From Lama glama (taxonomy: Eukaryota), in contig CM052817.1 of NCBI GenBank assembly GCA_028534125.1, positions 33,110,001-33,174,000 of the forward strand: a DNA stretch of 64,000 nucleotides. The letters run 5' to 3'. Both the position numbers and the translations under genes were made by a program. This document shows, one piece after another, positions 52,536 to 64,000 of the stretch (position 1 is its first letter; each line of letters begins with the position of its first letter). A model generated the notes under the pieces. That model made no database searches and was not told the DNA's origin. It saw only the letters and a list, made by a program, of their open reading frames with translations.

Positions 52536-55334
52536 AAAGGGATTTCACCATGAAAATATTTTTTCCTAAAGATAAATTAAATGAAGTTACATGAAAGCAG
52601 CAGTTTCTTGATTCTTGAAATTGAAGTGTTTTTATAAGTGCATTGAGTACTCCAGATTCTTTAATTAAAATTAGAAGACCTTAAGTTGCTGTTTGCATGT
52701 ATATTGTTCTTACAGTTTATTACTTACCCAAATCTGAGTTTAGGTTTTAAATTTTCTGTCCAATAAAAACAATAGTGAAAGTATTTCTTTTTGCTTTTCA
52801 TGGTGTATTTTTCAGGTTGCTGATTATTCTGCAGGCTATTTAGGCCAATATGTTGTCTCAAGGTTTACAGTCAGTAAAGCTGGATCTAGTAAATGGACTG
52901 TCATTGACTCATTGAGCACATAAGAATTTTACAGAAAGATTGGAAGGGAATAAAGTACAGATTGTGACTTTTTTTTTATGGTGGTAGAATAAGAGTTGAC
53001 ACTTTATGCTTTTCAGATTGGATGTGTAATGTGGTACTTGTGCATTGGGCACATAAAATAAACTTTTGTTTAATTGCACTGTGGTTCATTAAACAGTCTT
53101 ATCTGGAATGAATCAATATATACATATTTTTGAATATTTTATTTCTTCAGTAGATCCATTTTTTTCAAAAGTTATTTCAGGAAGCTTACAAGAAATTCAG
53201 TTGTTGTCATCATCAGTTTTGCATTATAATAATAACTGCTTATGTAATTTTAAGACTAGCAGCATTTTAGGGAGCAGGATTGAGAAGAGACTAAATTATT
53301 CGTGTTAGGATAACTCTTGATGTTTTCCTCATCCCCACTTAAAGTAAATAATTAGTGTTGACCTTATGACACTAGTAAACCTTTACGCTAATAGGCCTTT
53401 ACCATCTGCATTATGCAGAAGGAATATTTTAATGTAATACTATAATAATCATTGCATATTTAGTAAATATTCTGTAAAATTATTTATATTTGCAAGTATA
53501 GAACAATTAAAGCAAATGGTGATTTTTTTTTTATTAATGAGACCAAATTTTGGGTAGACTTGCATGCAAATATTAAATACACATGGACTCCTGTAGTACT
53601 TTATCTGAACTTTATTTCTTATAGCAGTTTCCAGTTTCATGATTTGAGGTTGTTTGCACATGTTTATCACCTTTAGACTCTAAATTCTTTGTGTAGAAAC
53701 CATGGTTTATGAATTTTTCTATTCCTCACATTACTTTACGTATAGTATTTAGTAAATATTTACTAAATAGACTGCATGTTAAAAGCACAGTTGTCTTTGA
53801 ACATTTTTTCCTCAACATTTGATTATGAAAATTTTCAGACATTAAAAAAGTTGAAAGATGTGATGTAAACATCCTTTTACTCATGACTTAGCTTATATAA
53901 TTTACATCTTGCTGTGTTTTCTTTATCGTATATATACGTCTCTGCCCACTCATTATAGCTTTTTTGTGTGTGTTTGTTTCTGTATACATTCAGAGTAAGT
54001 TAAAGATCTTCCTGAGGAGTGTAAAGCATATTTAACATTGATATCTCAGGATATATCCATTGAAAACTAAAAGCCAGGGAAAAAACAAAGTTGATGAATT
54101 TTTTGTGTGTGTGTATGCACAGCATTTTCAGAAACAAATTTAAAGAACAAATTATTTTTAAGTAGCAATGCTAAAGTGGTTTACTGTTGGCTGTTGGAAA
54201 GTAAAAATTAGCATTTTTTTAGATAATATACAAAGTTTTGTTACAGAGTTTATTTTATCTATAAGTAAGGTGTGAAGAAAAGGAAATCTTAGGACGGGAG
54301 TAATTTACCTTGTATAATGGAGTGGTTTCTCAGCTGTATCTTTGAAATTCATCCACTAATCTTCTCTACACACAATTAATATGAGGGCTTGGTGACTTTG
54401 AAAAAGAAAGATAATGTATTAAAAAGGCAGAATGGGGAAGGGAAAGTAGCTGGTTGGGAAGCAATGAAGTTCATTTAATGAACTGTAGTAAGCCTTTTAT
54501 AAATACTGTTTTGATTTATTCTCTAACAGTGCCATAAAAGGATCATTTAGAAACAGATCTTGTCTTCAGTACTTTGACTCTCAAACAGCTAGGACTTTTT
54601 ACATTATATGTAGATACGTTAAAGTGCTTTTGCTGTGCTGAATTTAGGTTGTTGAAATGTAAATATCATGAGGCAGGAACCGTATTTGTCCAGCGCCTCA
54701 TTCTCTCTCCTTAGCTTAGAACTGTATGTGATGTGTTGTTGGTGCTCAAGCATTTATTATAGTCAATGAGATGATTAAACATTTCAAGTTGGTAATGGTA
54801 GTAATACTTGACAGTAAGAGTTTATTTATGGGCTACTTCATACTTTCTGCATGTATAGTAGTGGAGCTTTATACAATTATTGGAATATTTTATTGAATTT
54901 ATCTTTTTTTTTTAAGCAGAATAACCTAGGTCTCATAAGTTTAATACATTGGAGACAAAGGATGGAAATTATTAGGTAGATCAAAGCAGTGAGTTTTCAC
55001 AAGTCCAGTTGAGTGACTGGGAGGTGAGGAAATGAAAATAAGGCCTATAAGCTATTTTACCCTTCCCAGTCAAATTTCTGGGAAGTTTGTTATAGTGGGA
55101 TATTGAGTTAGTAGTGGGTAGGTTATCAGACTTTTAAAAAATATTTGTTTTTATCTTTTATTTAGCAAGTGACAGACTTTTTAAATTAGTTTAAAATATT
55201 TTCTAAAATATTTGGGTTAGTGTTAGTCTATCCAGTTAATATGTGAGTGTATAATTTATTTGTACATGTTGACTGTATTGCTGTTTTTGTTTACTTTAAA
55301 TGTCTCAGGATAATTTTTATTATTTTGCTTTTAG

Positions 55335-55399
55335 GAGTTATGGTACAGCACCTGTAAATCTTAACATCAAAACAGGAGGAAGAGTTTATGGAACCACAG
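55335..55399 (+). CDS. FIP1L1: FIP1L1 exon 6, 65 nt
   Basis: TTTTAG|GAG; encodes (G)[21 protein letters not shown]; donor CAG|GTAAAA. Confidence 0.94.
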
Positions 55400-55523
55400 G
55401 TAAAATTTATATTGTTGCATCAGTAGGAAAGTAAGGCATATATCTGAATAGGTCATGTGTGAATTGTAATAGATAGCTATGACAGCTTAATTAAAAAGAG
55501 CAGTTTTTGACCATATGTCGTAG

Positions 55524-55690
55524 AGTGGGCATACTTTTCTGTTAGGCTAGATAATAAATATTTTAGACTGTGTGGGCCACATTGGGTTCCTGTCATGTGT
55601 GTTTGTGTGTTTTTGTTTTGTTTGTTTGTTCTACAACCCTTTAAAAAGGTAAAAATCTTTCTTAGCTTATAGGCTTTACAAAAACAATGA
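55524..55690. mobile_element. MER58-like hAT relic
   Basis: GGGCATACTTTTCTGT...AGATAATAAATATTTTAGACTGTGTGGGCCAC. Confidence 0.55.
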
Positions 55691-55948
55691 TTTAAAACAT
55701 GGAAGATAACAACTTCTTGTTGGTATAGAAACTCACTATTATAAGTCAACAAGTCCCTAATCTCTCTATTCATTTTATCTTATAGCTACTCCATAAACTT
55801 TGACCTCACTTTTTATTTATGCTTTGTTCGGAATCTTTGCCATGTTTAGTGTTAGCAAGAGTAAAAAGATGTCAATGATTTCTGTTTGTGATGTCTCTCA
55901 GCTTCTTACTATGTAGTTCCTTCACCATTCTGTAATTTTCTAAAGTAG

Positions 55949-56056
55949 GAACGAAAGTCAAAGGGGTAGATCTTGATGCACCTGGAAGCATTAATGGAGT
56001 TCCCCTTTTGGAGGTAGATTTGGATTCTTTTGAAGATAAACCATGGCGTAAACCTG
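55949..56056 (+). CDS. FIP1L1: FIP1L1 exon 7, 108 nt, start of the conserved Fip1 motif
   Basis: AAGTAG|GAA; encodes (G)[35 protein letters not shown]; donor CTG|GTAAGA. Confidence 0.95.
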
Positions 56057-56475
56057 GTAAGATTATTGTGGATCATGCCAGTTTCAAAAGACTTGTAATA
56101 TATAAACAGTCATTAGAAAAGCTTTTTTCCAGCATCAGTTTAGCATATTATTTTTTAAATGTAATTCCCATTGCTTTAAGCACTTGATGAGTAATAATGA
56201 CCTGTATTATAAAAGCTTATGGGTGGTCTAGCATTATATAAAAGTAGACTTTGCATATTGTTTTATTATGGTGCCATTTCTAAAGGAAATAATTTTGATC
56301 AAAAATTTTTATAGTCCTGTTGCTTTATGGTGGTAATTGGGAGAAATGGTAAAGTTAGAAGGGGTGATTAGACTGACAGAACTGTAAATTTATATTTCAT
56401 AGTTTATTATGTTTTATATGCTGCATGAAAATAGAATTGAAATCTTTATACACTGAAAGTGTGTTTTAATTTTAG

Positions 56476-56606
56476 GTGCTGATCTTTCTGATTATTTTAA
56501 TTATGGGTTTAATGAAGATACCTGGAAAGCGTACTGTGAAAAGCAAAAGAGGATACGAATGGGACTTGAAGTTATACCAGTTACCTCTACTACAAATAAA
56601 ATTACG
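56476..56606 (+). CDS. FIP1L1: FIP1L1 exon 8, 131 nt, core of the Fip1 motif
   Basis: TTTTAG|GTG; encodes (G)[43 protein letters not shown]; donor ACG|GTAATT. Confidence 0.96.
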
Positions 56607-56896
56607 GTAATTAGTAAATATTCCAAAAAATCCCAGCCTTTTCTACTGTCCCAATTTTACTCCCTAAATAAATCAGTTTTTCCCTATAAAGGTGGTTAAA
56701 TGCTATATGATAGTTTTAAAATTTCATTTTACCATGTTTGTTTTTTTCCCTTCCTTCCCTTTCAGAGTTTCATATTAATGATTATCTGATGTTTTTAGTT
56801 TCAAGTTGCAGACTAGCCACAGCTAGTTTGTCTTTATGTGGCCTGTCAATTAAACGTTATGTGGTATCTTAATGGGGAATATGTTATTTAACTTAG

Positions 56897-56965
56897 GCCG
56901 AAGACTGTACTATGGAAGTTACACCAGGTGCAGAGATCCAAGATGGCAGATTCAATCTTTTTAAG
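56897..56965 (+). CDS. FIP1L1: FIP1L1 exon 9, 69 nt, symmetric phase 0-0 cassette
   Basis: ACTTAG|GCC; encodes [23 protein letters not shown]; donor AAG|GTGAAT. Confidence 0.92.
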
Positions 56966-59900
56966 GTGAATTTTAGTAAATTATCCTTGGTTGCTCTCAT
57001 TTTTTGTTCTTGAGTCTGCTCCCATACCACTACTCAAGGGACAAGATTAAAGTGGAAATAGCTACCTTTTTTCCAAACCTTCAGCTTCCTGGTGACTTAC
57101 AAATTTGCTGATTGTTGTTTTATCTCCACTTTTGCAAGCATGTGAATTATAGTATATTATACTAACAAATGCCAAGTAAAACTATTCTTGCTATATGTTG
57201 TGATTTTATTTTGAGTCACAGTGTATGTTTGTTTGTAGGATATAAAAGTTGATGCCAACAGGCTAAGCATTCATTGTAGACCCTGCTATAATCTTTACCA
57301 GAACTGGAGAGTTGTTTTTCCTAATTTTCTGTTTAAAATTGGTAAGGTAGATGGTGTACTGCTTATTATCTGTATGACACTAAAATCATTGGTGTAATGT
57401 CTCTTGTAGTTGAAGGTATCTCAAGAATTGTAGGCATGCTTTGAGAGTTGCCAAGAAAGACTCAACAGATTTGGATAAAGCTATTGATTTTTTAAATTAA
57501 TGTTTAAAAGGAGTAGATTTCATGAGGGCCTTGCAGGTTGGTTCTACTGCTTGGGTATCGAGTCTGACTTCTGATTTCTCCATTCCGTATGATCAGTTCA
57601 AAGAATAATAGTATATTTTCATACTTGCTTAGTACATGGCAACCTACAAACTTTTCTTAAATCCTGATTGTATGCTCTTCTTCCTTTACCTTAATTCTTA
57701 ATTCTTGTATTGAATGACAATGGGATAAAGACTGGGAGTAACTTTTAGATTGGGTTATATACTCAGGGAACTTTTATGGGCAGGAACTTTTCTGTGTCCC
57801 TTTGGGGCTACAGCCCTGTCCACCAAAATACTGCCTTATGCAATGCATGTGCTATATCCGCAGATGTAACCGCTCTGCTGGACACAGTTCTATATAGAGA
57901 ACTTAATTTTAATTTACATCCTACTTGGGTAAGTATTTGGTTCTTGTTCTGCTATAAATATTTTGAAAATGTGTGATGATGTCTATCTTATTTTAAATAG
58001 TCATTAGGTTCTTTTTGGTGATAAGTACTTACTTGGGCATTCAATATATTGTTTTCACTACTGAAGTGAGTAGATAGAAAAGTTACCTTGATGATGAAAT
58101 TGTTTGCAGTGGTGCTTTTTATTTTCTTCTAACAAATATGAGAACTGCCTTTTTAAACTACCAGTTTCTCTATACTTTGTCTTTTTGAAGTAAACTTCTA
58201 AAACTAAAAAAAAAAAAACTTCTATGGTTTGGTCTTTTGTTAAAGGTAGTCATTGTGAATGAGGTTTTCATATACATACAGTCTGTCGAAAAATTATTTT
58301 GAAGTTTCTTTTGGTTATGTGAGAGGTCTTTGTTCCATGCTGATTCATTTGCTTCTCAATGAATAAGGACTTGAATTTGATGGGTATAGTCTCATGGTTT
58401 TTTTTTTTTTTTTTTTGTCTTAATAATGTGCCTAGATATTACTTGTCTGTTGGAAATACTGATTTGGGAATAGGATGTGTACTTCAATGATGTGTATGGC
58501 TCACATTTTTTCTTTATGTATATTGTAGTCTGTAGGATATATTTTATTGATAGTACTCAAAATCTACAACTAATGGTATGGGGGGAGCTTGATTTACATT
58601 GAGTTTCAGAAATGTTTCTGTCACCTTAAATAAATTTAAGAATTATCCTTGTTCAGATTTCTGTGGGACGATTATTCTTTGAAAAAGTATTAGTTGTCCT
58701 TTACTATCCATTCTGTAACTATGGAGAATACCAGAAAAATTATAAAAATTTAATTGGTATCCCAAATATGCAGAGGTAAATTTCTTAGGTATTAAGTGCC
58801 AAAATGTGTATTTTAGACAAAAATGCTATAGAAATTGGAGAAATGAGAGTTGATTACTGTGGGATTAGAAATTATATTCGTGCTATGTATAGATTTTTTC
58901 TACTTTTTTTTTTTTAAGTTTTAAGTGGGATACAATAGTAGGGAAGCATATGCTGTTTTAATCAGAACCTTGAGAGTGTGGAGAAGAGAGGAAAAAAAGT
59001 GGTACAGATTAAGGAAATGGCTTGGGCAGAGAAATTTGTTTTAATTGAGTAGAAGTAGATTAGAGGATTATTTAAGTATCACCCTTACTGGATCAGAGAG
59101 TTCTTTTTGGAGAAAAATAGAAGACATGGTTTTTTAGGGTATGGTTTAATATTAGAAAACTTAGAAACCAGAATGATGAGTTGGTGGAATTAGTTGGATC
59201 ACTGCCTGTTAGTGATCAGGAGAGTGACTTATAAGTAACACTGTTCTGGTAGCAGTGTATGGTTTGTTTGGATGAAGTCCAAGCTCTTGTCCTCTTATCT
59301 ACCATTTGAACTGTAATTACTAGGATTGATGAGAAAGAGATAGAAGGGGAGAAAAAAAAACTTGCCCAACTTTCTTGATGTATCTGAGCATCTTCAGTGT
59401 GCCCAGCACTGTGCTAGATGCTGTAGTAAAAACAGAGTCTTCTGTATTCACGGATCTCCTAATCTGAGTGATGTGTACATGTGAGCTAATAACCATAATG
59501 TATTGTGACAAGTGTTATATGGGTGTATTGACAAAATTCAGAGGGGAGAGTGGGTTATCCTACCTTGCAGAGTCCAGAAGGGTTTGACCAGGACGTGATA
59601 AGTGAAATATGTATGAGTTTTCATTAGCAGGAAAGAGAAGTATAGAACATTGTAGGCAGAGAGAGCAATGCGAACAAGAACAGATAGCATGAAAGAAGAG
59701 TTGGGGTGGATGAGAAATGGAGGAGAAAAGCCTGGAAATGGTAGAAATGGGGCCATGGTGAGAAAGACCTTAATCTTAAACTAGCCTGCAGGCATGTAGG
59801 CAGTAGGCAATAGAAAGCCATTTGAAAGTTCTTGGTAGGAGAATAGCATGAGCAAATCCAGTTTTTAGAAAAAGAACTAACACCAGGATTAACTATAGAA

Positions 59901-60259
59901 TGTAAGGGGAAAACAGGGAATCAGAGACCAGATAGGGAGCTGCTGGAGTACTGTAGGTGTGGAATGAATAAGAACCCAGACTTATATTGGTGAATGGACA
60001 AAAGAACAGACTTAATAATTGTAAGTTATTTTCATATCTACTGTAAAGATATTTTTTCATCCTTAGTCAAGTGAGAGATAAGCTACCCATCAGCATCTTT
60101 ATTTTTACTTTTTAGTAAGTACATTTTCAAACATACTAGCAAGTAGATAGAATAGTACAAATGAACCCCTATGTGTTTATTATAATGCCTCAGTGATTTA
60201 TCGACATTTTAACATGATTTGGAGTGAGGGCAAAAGAAGAGTGACTAGTGAGAATGGGT

Positions 60260-60759
60260 NNNNNNNNNNNNNNNNNNNNNNNNNNNNNNNNNNNNNNNNN
60301 NNNNNNNNNNNNNNNNNNNNNNNNNNNNNNNNNNNNNNNNNNNNNNNNNNNNNNNNNNNNNNNNNNNNNNNNNNNNNNNNNNNNNNNNNNNNNNNNNNNN
60401 NNNNNNNNNNNNNNNNNNNNNNNNNNNNNNNNNNNNNNNNNNNNNNNNNNNNNNNNNNNNNNNNNNNNNNNNNNNNNNNNNNNNNNNNNNNNNNNNNNNN
60501 NNNNNNNNNNNNNNNNNNNNNNNNNNNNNNNNNNNNNNNNNNNNNNNNNNNNNNNNNNNNNNNNNNNNNNNNNNNNNNNNNNNNNNNNNNNNNNNNNNNN
60601 NNNNNNNNNNNNNNNNNNNNNNNNNNNNNNNNNNNNNNNNNNNNNNNNNNNNNNNNNNNNNNNNNNNNNNNNNNNNNNNNNNNNNNNNNNNNNNNNNNNN
60701 NNNNNNNNNNNNNNNNNNNNNNNNNNNNNNNNNNNNNNNNNNNNNNNNNNNNNNNNNNN
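60260..60759. other. Assembly gap, exactly 500 N
   Basis: Run of N inside FIP1L1. Confidence 0.99.
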
Positions 60760-62454
60760 GTCTAGGTAGCTATAAATGGTGGGAAATTCTGGCCTCATAA
60801 TATATACCTTTATCTTTTGGGATGTTGGAATCTAAAATGTATGTATATATGGGAGAGTGCTTTAATATGAAATTATAGTGGTCATAGCTTTGTAATATTT
60901 TAAGTTTTAGGAAAAAAATTGGAGGAATATTTGTATTATGTCAGAGGTATTTGAATTTTTCTAATATGTGAATGTTAGGATAGTTTCCCAGCTATACTGA
61001 AGGGTACAAGTTAGGTAAAATCACTTTTGATCTTTGAGATCATGAGGGAACTTAGGAGGTCAATGACCCAGGCATAAAATCAGAAAGGCTTGAATATTTT
61101 TTAAATGTATTAAAATTATAGAGAACATAAGTCTTAAGTGGGCAAGATGGTAGGTAGGAATTAACTGTGAACTTGAAGACATTTCAAATGCAATTATAGA
61201 CTTTCTGTAGGGCTCTTTGTTTTTGTGAGCATAAAATTATTTATAGGGCTTTTAAGGTTCACTTGAGACAGAAATTCTTTCCACAAATCTTAAGCTTTTC
61301 AAAGGCCACTTATCTCACTGGGAGGCAGCATGGCTCAAGGGAAGAGGTCTGAGGCTTAGAATCAGAAAGACTCTGGTGTGAGAGTTAGTGTTGCCATTTA
61401 ATTATTACTGAGGTTCATGACATCACTCTGGGCTCTAGTTTTATCATCTCTTAACAGTACACATTAATTTTTTAAGTTGTGTTATTGTGAGGTTTAGGTA
61501 TAAAATGTAGTCATTCAGCAGACTAACTGCTGTTATCAGTCATTTTAGGAACCTAACTGTGGTGACTGTGGAAGGATCTATGGTACTTTGTTTACTTCTG
61601 TAAAGTTTTAAAAGCAGAATTGTTCAGAACTGAAATTAGATGAAAAAAAATTCATCTAATTTGCATCCATTTTTCATTGCCTATTCCCTCGAGTGACTTC
61701 TATATCTTGTTAAGTATGTATGTATTTTTAAAGTTCTTAACTACACTAAATGGCTTTTAACATTATTTTACTTTTTAAAATTTAACTTGTTAGATTTTCA
61801 TATTAAATTTGCAACATTTTTGTGATAGACTATTTTTCCATCTACTTACAAACTTTAACAGTTCTAAATACAATTGGAGGTGGAGCTACCATTTAAACAT
61901 TTGAATTTTTCTCTCTAAAGGCAAGTTATCAGAAATGGAAAAGTGGTTCCCTTAATCTCTCTAATGGTCAGAATAAATCACTAAGGAAAATATCCTGTGT
62001 GTATTAAAATGAACATTATTTCTTTTCAAGCCGTTTTGGAGAATTTTTTTAAAGTTCTGTATGTAATAAAACCATGATACGTGTTAGAGTTATAAGGGCC
62101 TAAATTTTTATTTCTATTTGTTCAGCATTTGCTACCCGATTCAATTGCCCAAAGATAAATTCAGTTAGACACTGTTAAAAAATAGTAAATTTAAAAGAAA
62201 ACATGCAAAAATACTTAAGATTTAGCATTATGATCATTGTTGGGAGTGGTGGTTCTACCTTATTAATAAAACTTAGTTTTTATGACAATGTGAAGTAGCA
62301 ATATCTAAATGAAGATTTTTCATTGTGTGTTGTGATTTAATTTTATTTTAAATTACATTGCAAAGGGTTTTAGATTTTATTGCTTACCTACGATTTGTAT
62401 TATTTTTCAAAGATCTAATTAGCTCAAACTGAAGTGATTCAATTTTTGTTACAG

Positions 62455-62548
62455 GAGATTGCCTGGGGCAATTGATGTTATTGGTCAGACTATAACTATC
62501 AGCCGGGTAGAAGGAAGGCGACGGGCAAATGAAAACAGCAACATACAG
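62455..62548 (+). CDS. FIP1L1: FIP1L1 downstream exon, 94 nt, phase 2 to phase 0; matches human exon 12 as I recall the numbering
   Basis: TTTTTGTTACAG|GAG; encodes [31 protein letters not shown]; donor CAG|GTTTAG. Confidence 0.92.
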
Positions 62549-64000
62549 GTTTAGTATTTTTAAAATTATTATTTTTTTTTAACTGAAGGAATGTATCTGT
62601 GCTCTACATATATTCATAGCACTATGCTATGTGTTAGGTGCTACAAAGGGATTTAAAATGTGGAATCAATCATTTTGTTATTACAAAAGCTGTTCCATTT
62701 AGAATTTGTAACCTTTGAATCTTTTTCAGTAAGATTTCCTTTTCCTTGCTGTAAATGTGATATATAGGCTCATTGGACTGAAAAAGGAAAATATGGGAAA
62801 AGTTTAAAGGAGAAAATAAAACCATCAGTAATTCTGAAACTCTTAACGTTCTGGTAAATTGCTTCCTCGTCAGTGGGCAAGATTGGGATAGATACTACTG
62901 TGATTATATTTTTGTGTATCCTTATTTTTTTTTAAATTTGAAATTATCATTTGCATTTTCCCACATTCTCAAAGTATGGTTTAAAATCTCATGATAGATT
63001 TATCACACGGCTTTCCGTAATTTATTTAATGTGACATATCTGGGGGAAGTAGATCTCCTTTTTTTCAAGTGAAAGAATGAAAGGGGGTGAGTTATTAGTA
63101 GCATGGATAATTGAAGTTTGAACTTGAATAACTGAGACTTCAAGCTATTAGCTTGATCACATGCTTTTCACTATTTTCTTTCTCTGAGTACTTTTAAAAA
63201 TGTCCAAAGTGTTTTTGATCCTTATTACCTTTAATAAATTAATCATGTAAAATGTTCTTTTTAGCATCTTTAAAGGTAAATTATTTCTAAAATGGAAGAT
63301 AATCCTCTTATTTCCTATCATTAAAAATGCCCCATCATTAAAATGCCATGATTTCTTAGAATAATTCTGTTTTTTACTTTAAAAAACTGCTTATCAGCAT
63401 AAGCCTTTCAAAAATTACTATGCTTAAATGTAGGAAAAGTTAATGAAAGGAGGAATTATATGTTTAAATGGTATGGCTTAGCCAGCAAGGATTTGAAAAG
63501 TATAAATTAAATACACAACATTATGTTGCCTGTTTTTGCTGTTTTTGTCAAACATGTTTGCACATCAGAATCCCTCAGGGAGCATGTCAGAAATCCAAAT
63601 TTCTAGGTGCCACTCTCCTGTAGGTTTGTTGTCTGTCCCTTACCTCTTCTCACAGATCAGTATTTTGTAAATATTTTTACGTTTTAAGTATAAATCCTTG
63701 TTCTTAAAGTTACAAGGCTCATGTGAAAAAGTTATTTATTTATCTGGCTGCCTGTTAACTTGCACCCTGCTGATGCATGCCTTCGCCTCTTTGTAACCTG
63801 GTGATGACAGGCCTTGGTACAGTGACTGTCTGGTTCTGCTGCCATGTTAATTTCTTAATGCTAGTATCTGTGACTAATGATTATATTGCCTTAATTTGAA
63901 TTTGGATAACAAAGATAATCTTCATTACATTTTATTTATGAAGTACTTGTTTCTTGTTTAGAATATTCTTAAATCCCTTAATTATTTCATAAGAATTTTA

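Noticed and set aside
1..64000. CRISPR arrays, operons or other prokaryote-type systems
   Set aside because: The window is eukaryotic intron/exon DNA with no repeat-spacer arrays or long uninterrupted unknown ORFs.

Overview
Mammalian genomic DNA, AT-rich and repeat-rich. It is probably camelid, judging from two short Vic-1-like tRNA-derived SINEs and the absence of recognisable Alu or Bov-type SINEs. The window holds the 5' ends of two divergently transcribed genes, each with its own CpG-island promoter, and their start codons are about 9.7 kb apart. SCFD2 lies on the minus strand (coding exon 1 at 35866-36703, exon 2 at 21975-22143; the gene continues off the left edge). FIP1L1 lies on the plus strand (coding exons 1-9 from 46434 to 56965, plus the exon matching human exon 12 at 62455-62548). 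The exons expected between FIP1L1 exon 9 and that last exon are absent and the splice phases do not join; a 500-N placeholder gap at 60260-60759 most likely hides them. The rest is intronic or intergenic: L1, L2, MIR, MaLR/ERV LTRs and DNA transposon relics. I found no convincing novel multi-gene system. The best leads are regulatory (a candidate intron-1 poly(A) site and a candidate poison exon in FIP1L1, an ERSE-like CCAAT-N9-TGACG element at SCFD2) and unusual retrotransposition products (a 5'-to-3' fused L1, a possible 3' transduction, a TSD-flanked micro-insertion). Gene names, human exon numbering and repeat family names come from recall, not from database searches.
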